From contig NW_018408864.1 in NCBI RefSeq assembly GCF_002113885.1, positions 1,095,718 through 1,159,717 on the forward strand: 64,000 nt of DNA, read 5' to 3'. Within the stretch, counting starts at the first letter, position 1; each line of letters starts with the position of its first letter. Positions 62,533-64,000 of this stretch are shown here, piece after piece. The position numbers and the translations under genes were made by a program. The notes under the pieces were generated by a model. The model did not search any database. It was not told the origin of the DNA and worked only from the letters and a program-made list of their open reading frames with translations. This DNA comes from Mizuhopecten yessoensis (Eukaryota).

Positions 62533-63910
62533 GTTCATCTATACATAAGGGTTATAGTAGTGTTTGACAGTGCGGAGACAGCGAGTCCTGCATTCATGTG
62601 AGAACACGTATAGCCAGAGTTTCCTCTGGCACTAACACCAGTGGGGCCTGTTGGTTTATGCGGAACAACCGGTTTGACCGTTTATAGATGTAAGAATTTT
62701 GAGTATAGTCTTGGCGAACCTGCAAATGTGTATGCAGGCCTTGCAAGGCTTTATCAAGGCTCGCCTGAAAGCAGCATCAGATTACTAGGTCCGACCTTAT
62801 TTAATAAACAAACAACAGTGGTCCGACCGGTTTGACCGTTTAAACGAAAACGGCCCAGACTTAAGACATTTTGACATATAGATGGCTGGTACACCAGCCG
62901 TCTTTATTTCAAAATGTCTAAGTCTGGTGTCAGGGCCAGAGGAAACTCGGGCTATGCTAGGTACAACAGTGACGTTGTTAATTATTTGTGTTATATTGCT
63001 TTCCGTTCACAGAAGGAATCTGCTTTTTCCCTGTGCTCTTCTGTTATCCCCACGAGACATAATGTAAGTTTGACCGGGAGCCTGAAGAAGACGATGGAGA
63101 TTGGTGACGGACCACCACCAGTCAGGGACAAGCTTTGTAGTATGTCATTCGAGGACCTGGAAATGTACTACCACACGTACGTACTGTTAAGGGGAGATAA
63201 TGCAAATTAATTAGACAACATAGACTGTCAGACTATCTATGAAACTAGATATTAGATCCTGGAATACCTAGCTATTCTTCATCACGATTGCAATATTTTT
63301 AAATCATGGAATTGCATAAATAAAATTACTATTGAACCAATCATAAATGCATAACATAATAATAATATTCATTTCTAAAATAGCAAATGAGGATTATTGA
63401 TGGTATGTTTCAGTATGTAGGAGTTTGGTCAAAGGGATTTACAAATATCCTCCTAAAAAGAGAGACAGCACCTAATCGTTACTAAACGAGGTCCGATTTG
63501 AAATTCCGATCACTGCTATGATATTCGTCATATCTAAAATGACGAAACGCCTGTATGTCGCAGTTGATTCATTTTTGACATACTGCATCAAATATCAAAT
63601 TGTACATACACAAGTCTATGTCAAACGTTCATCTGAAATGAAGTTCAGTCGTCATCGACGGGGCACCTCTCTTCTTTAACTGAGTAAGAATTTTGGAATG
63701 TTATTTGTAAATTTTAGACAAAATGTTACTTTTCTCAGCCGATGAACAATTATTTAGGTAATATACTTGTTGACTTCACAGGTACTTAAGTACGATCCAG
63801 CGACCCTGTAAACGGTCTGTGCGAATGGGACACACTATGGACGGCGGATGGGACGTGTGTGGTGAAGAATTTAAATATATACGGAACGAATGTCTTGTTT
63901 ACTCTTTTGG
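62002..63910 (+). CDS. METTL24: METTL24-like (Methyltransf_22/FkbM-related) type II membrane methyltransferase, 3'-truncated by the window
   Basis: Exons 62002-62190 (basic N-tail plus signal anchor MWILIATAVGSFFLLF), 63013-63176 and 63782-63910 (YLSTIQRPCKRSVRMGHTMDGGWDVCGEE...CLVYSFG); phases 0, 2, 2 are consistent. The symbol denotes family, not proven orthology. Start could be ATG 61981 instead. Confidence 0.82.
62181..62266. repeat. 28-bp x3 tandem repeat spanning the METTL24-like exon donor
   Basis: GTCCTATCCG|GTACGTACGACGGCATTG x3. Confidence 0.92.
62499..62529. repeat. (TG)n microsatellite
   Basis: Visible. Confidence 0.95.
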
Positions 63911-64000
63911 GTAAGTACCAGCGACGAGTCCTCGAAGGACGAAGCAGCTGTATGATGCAATGTGGTTCCGTTTTTGGCGTGCTGTATCTATTACAGAGTT

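Overview
Eukaryotic, AT-rich, intron-containing genomic DNA. The repeat repertoire resembles that of a bivalve mollusc (inference). Three spliced + strand genes can be rebuilt by hand from GT-AG sites with consistent phases. (1) A 5'-truncated animal heme peroxidase (peroxidase-cyclooxygenase superfamily; 14 exons, 1-35712, 772 aa in the window) with an intact active site. It appears to be fused behind a farnesoic-acid-O-methyltransferase-like (Methyltransf_FA) domain. (2) A 107-aa Cys-rich single-pass membrane protein (47700-53661). (3) The 5' part of a METTL24-like methyltransferase (62002-63910). About 20 kb of the peroxidase introns is minisatellite (21, 22, 45 and 43 bp units), and almost all long ORFs in the supplied track are artefacts of these arrays. 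The most striking pattern is that all three genes have tandem arrays built from an exon end plus its 5' splice site, including 49 near-identical copies of the last peroxidase donor. The window also holds a degenerate Penelope-like GIY-YIG element between inverted repeats, a palindrome with a minimal hammerhead-ribozyme motif on each strand, a mariner remnant, SINEs, and Helentron-like and MITE-like elements.
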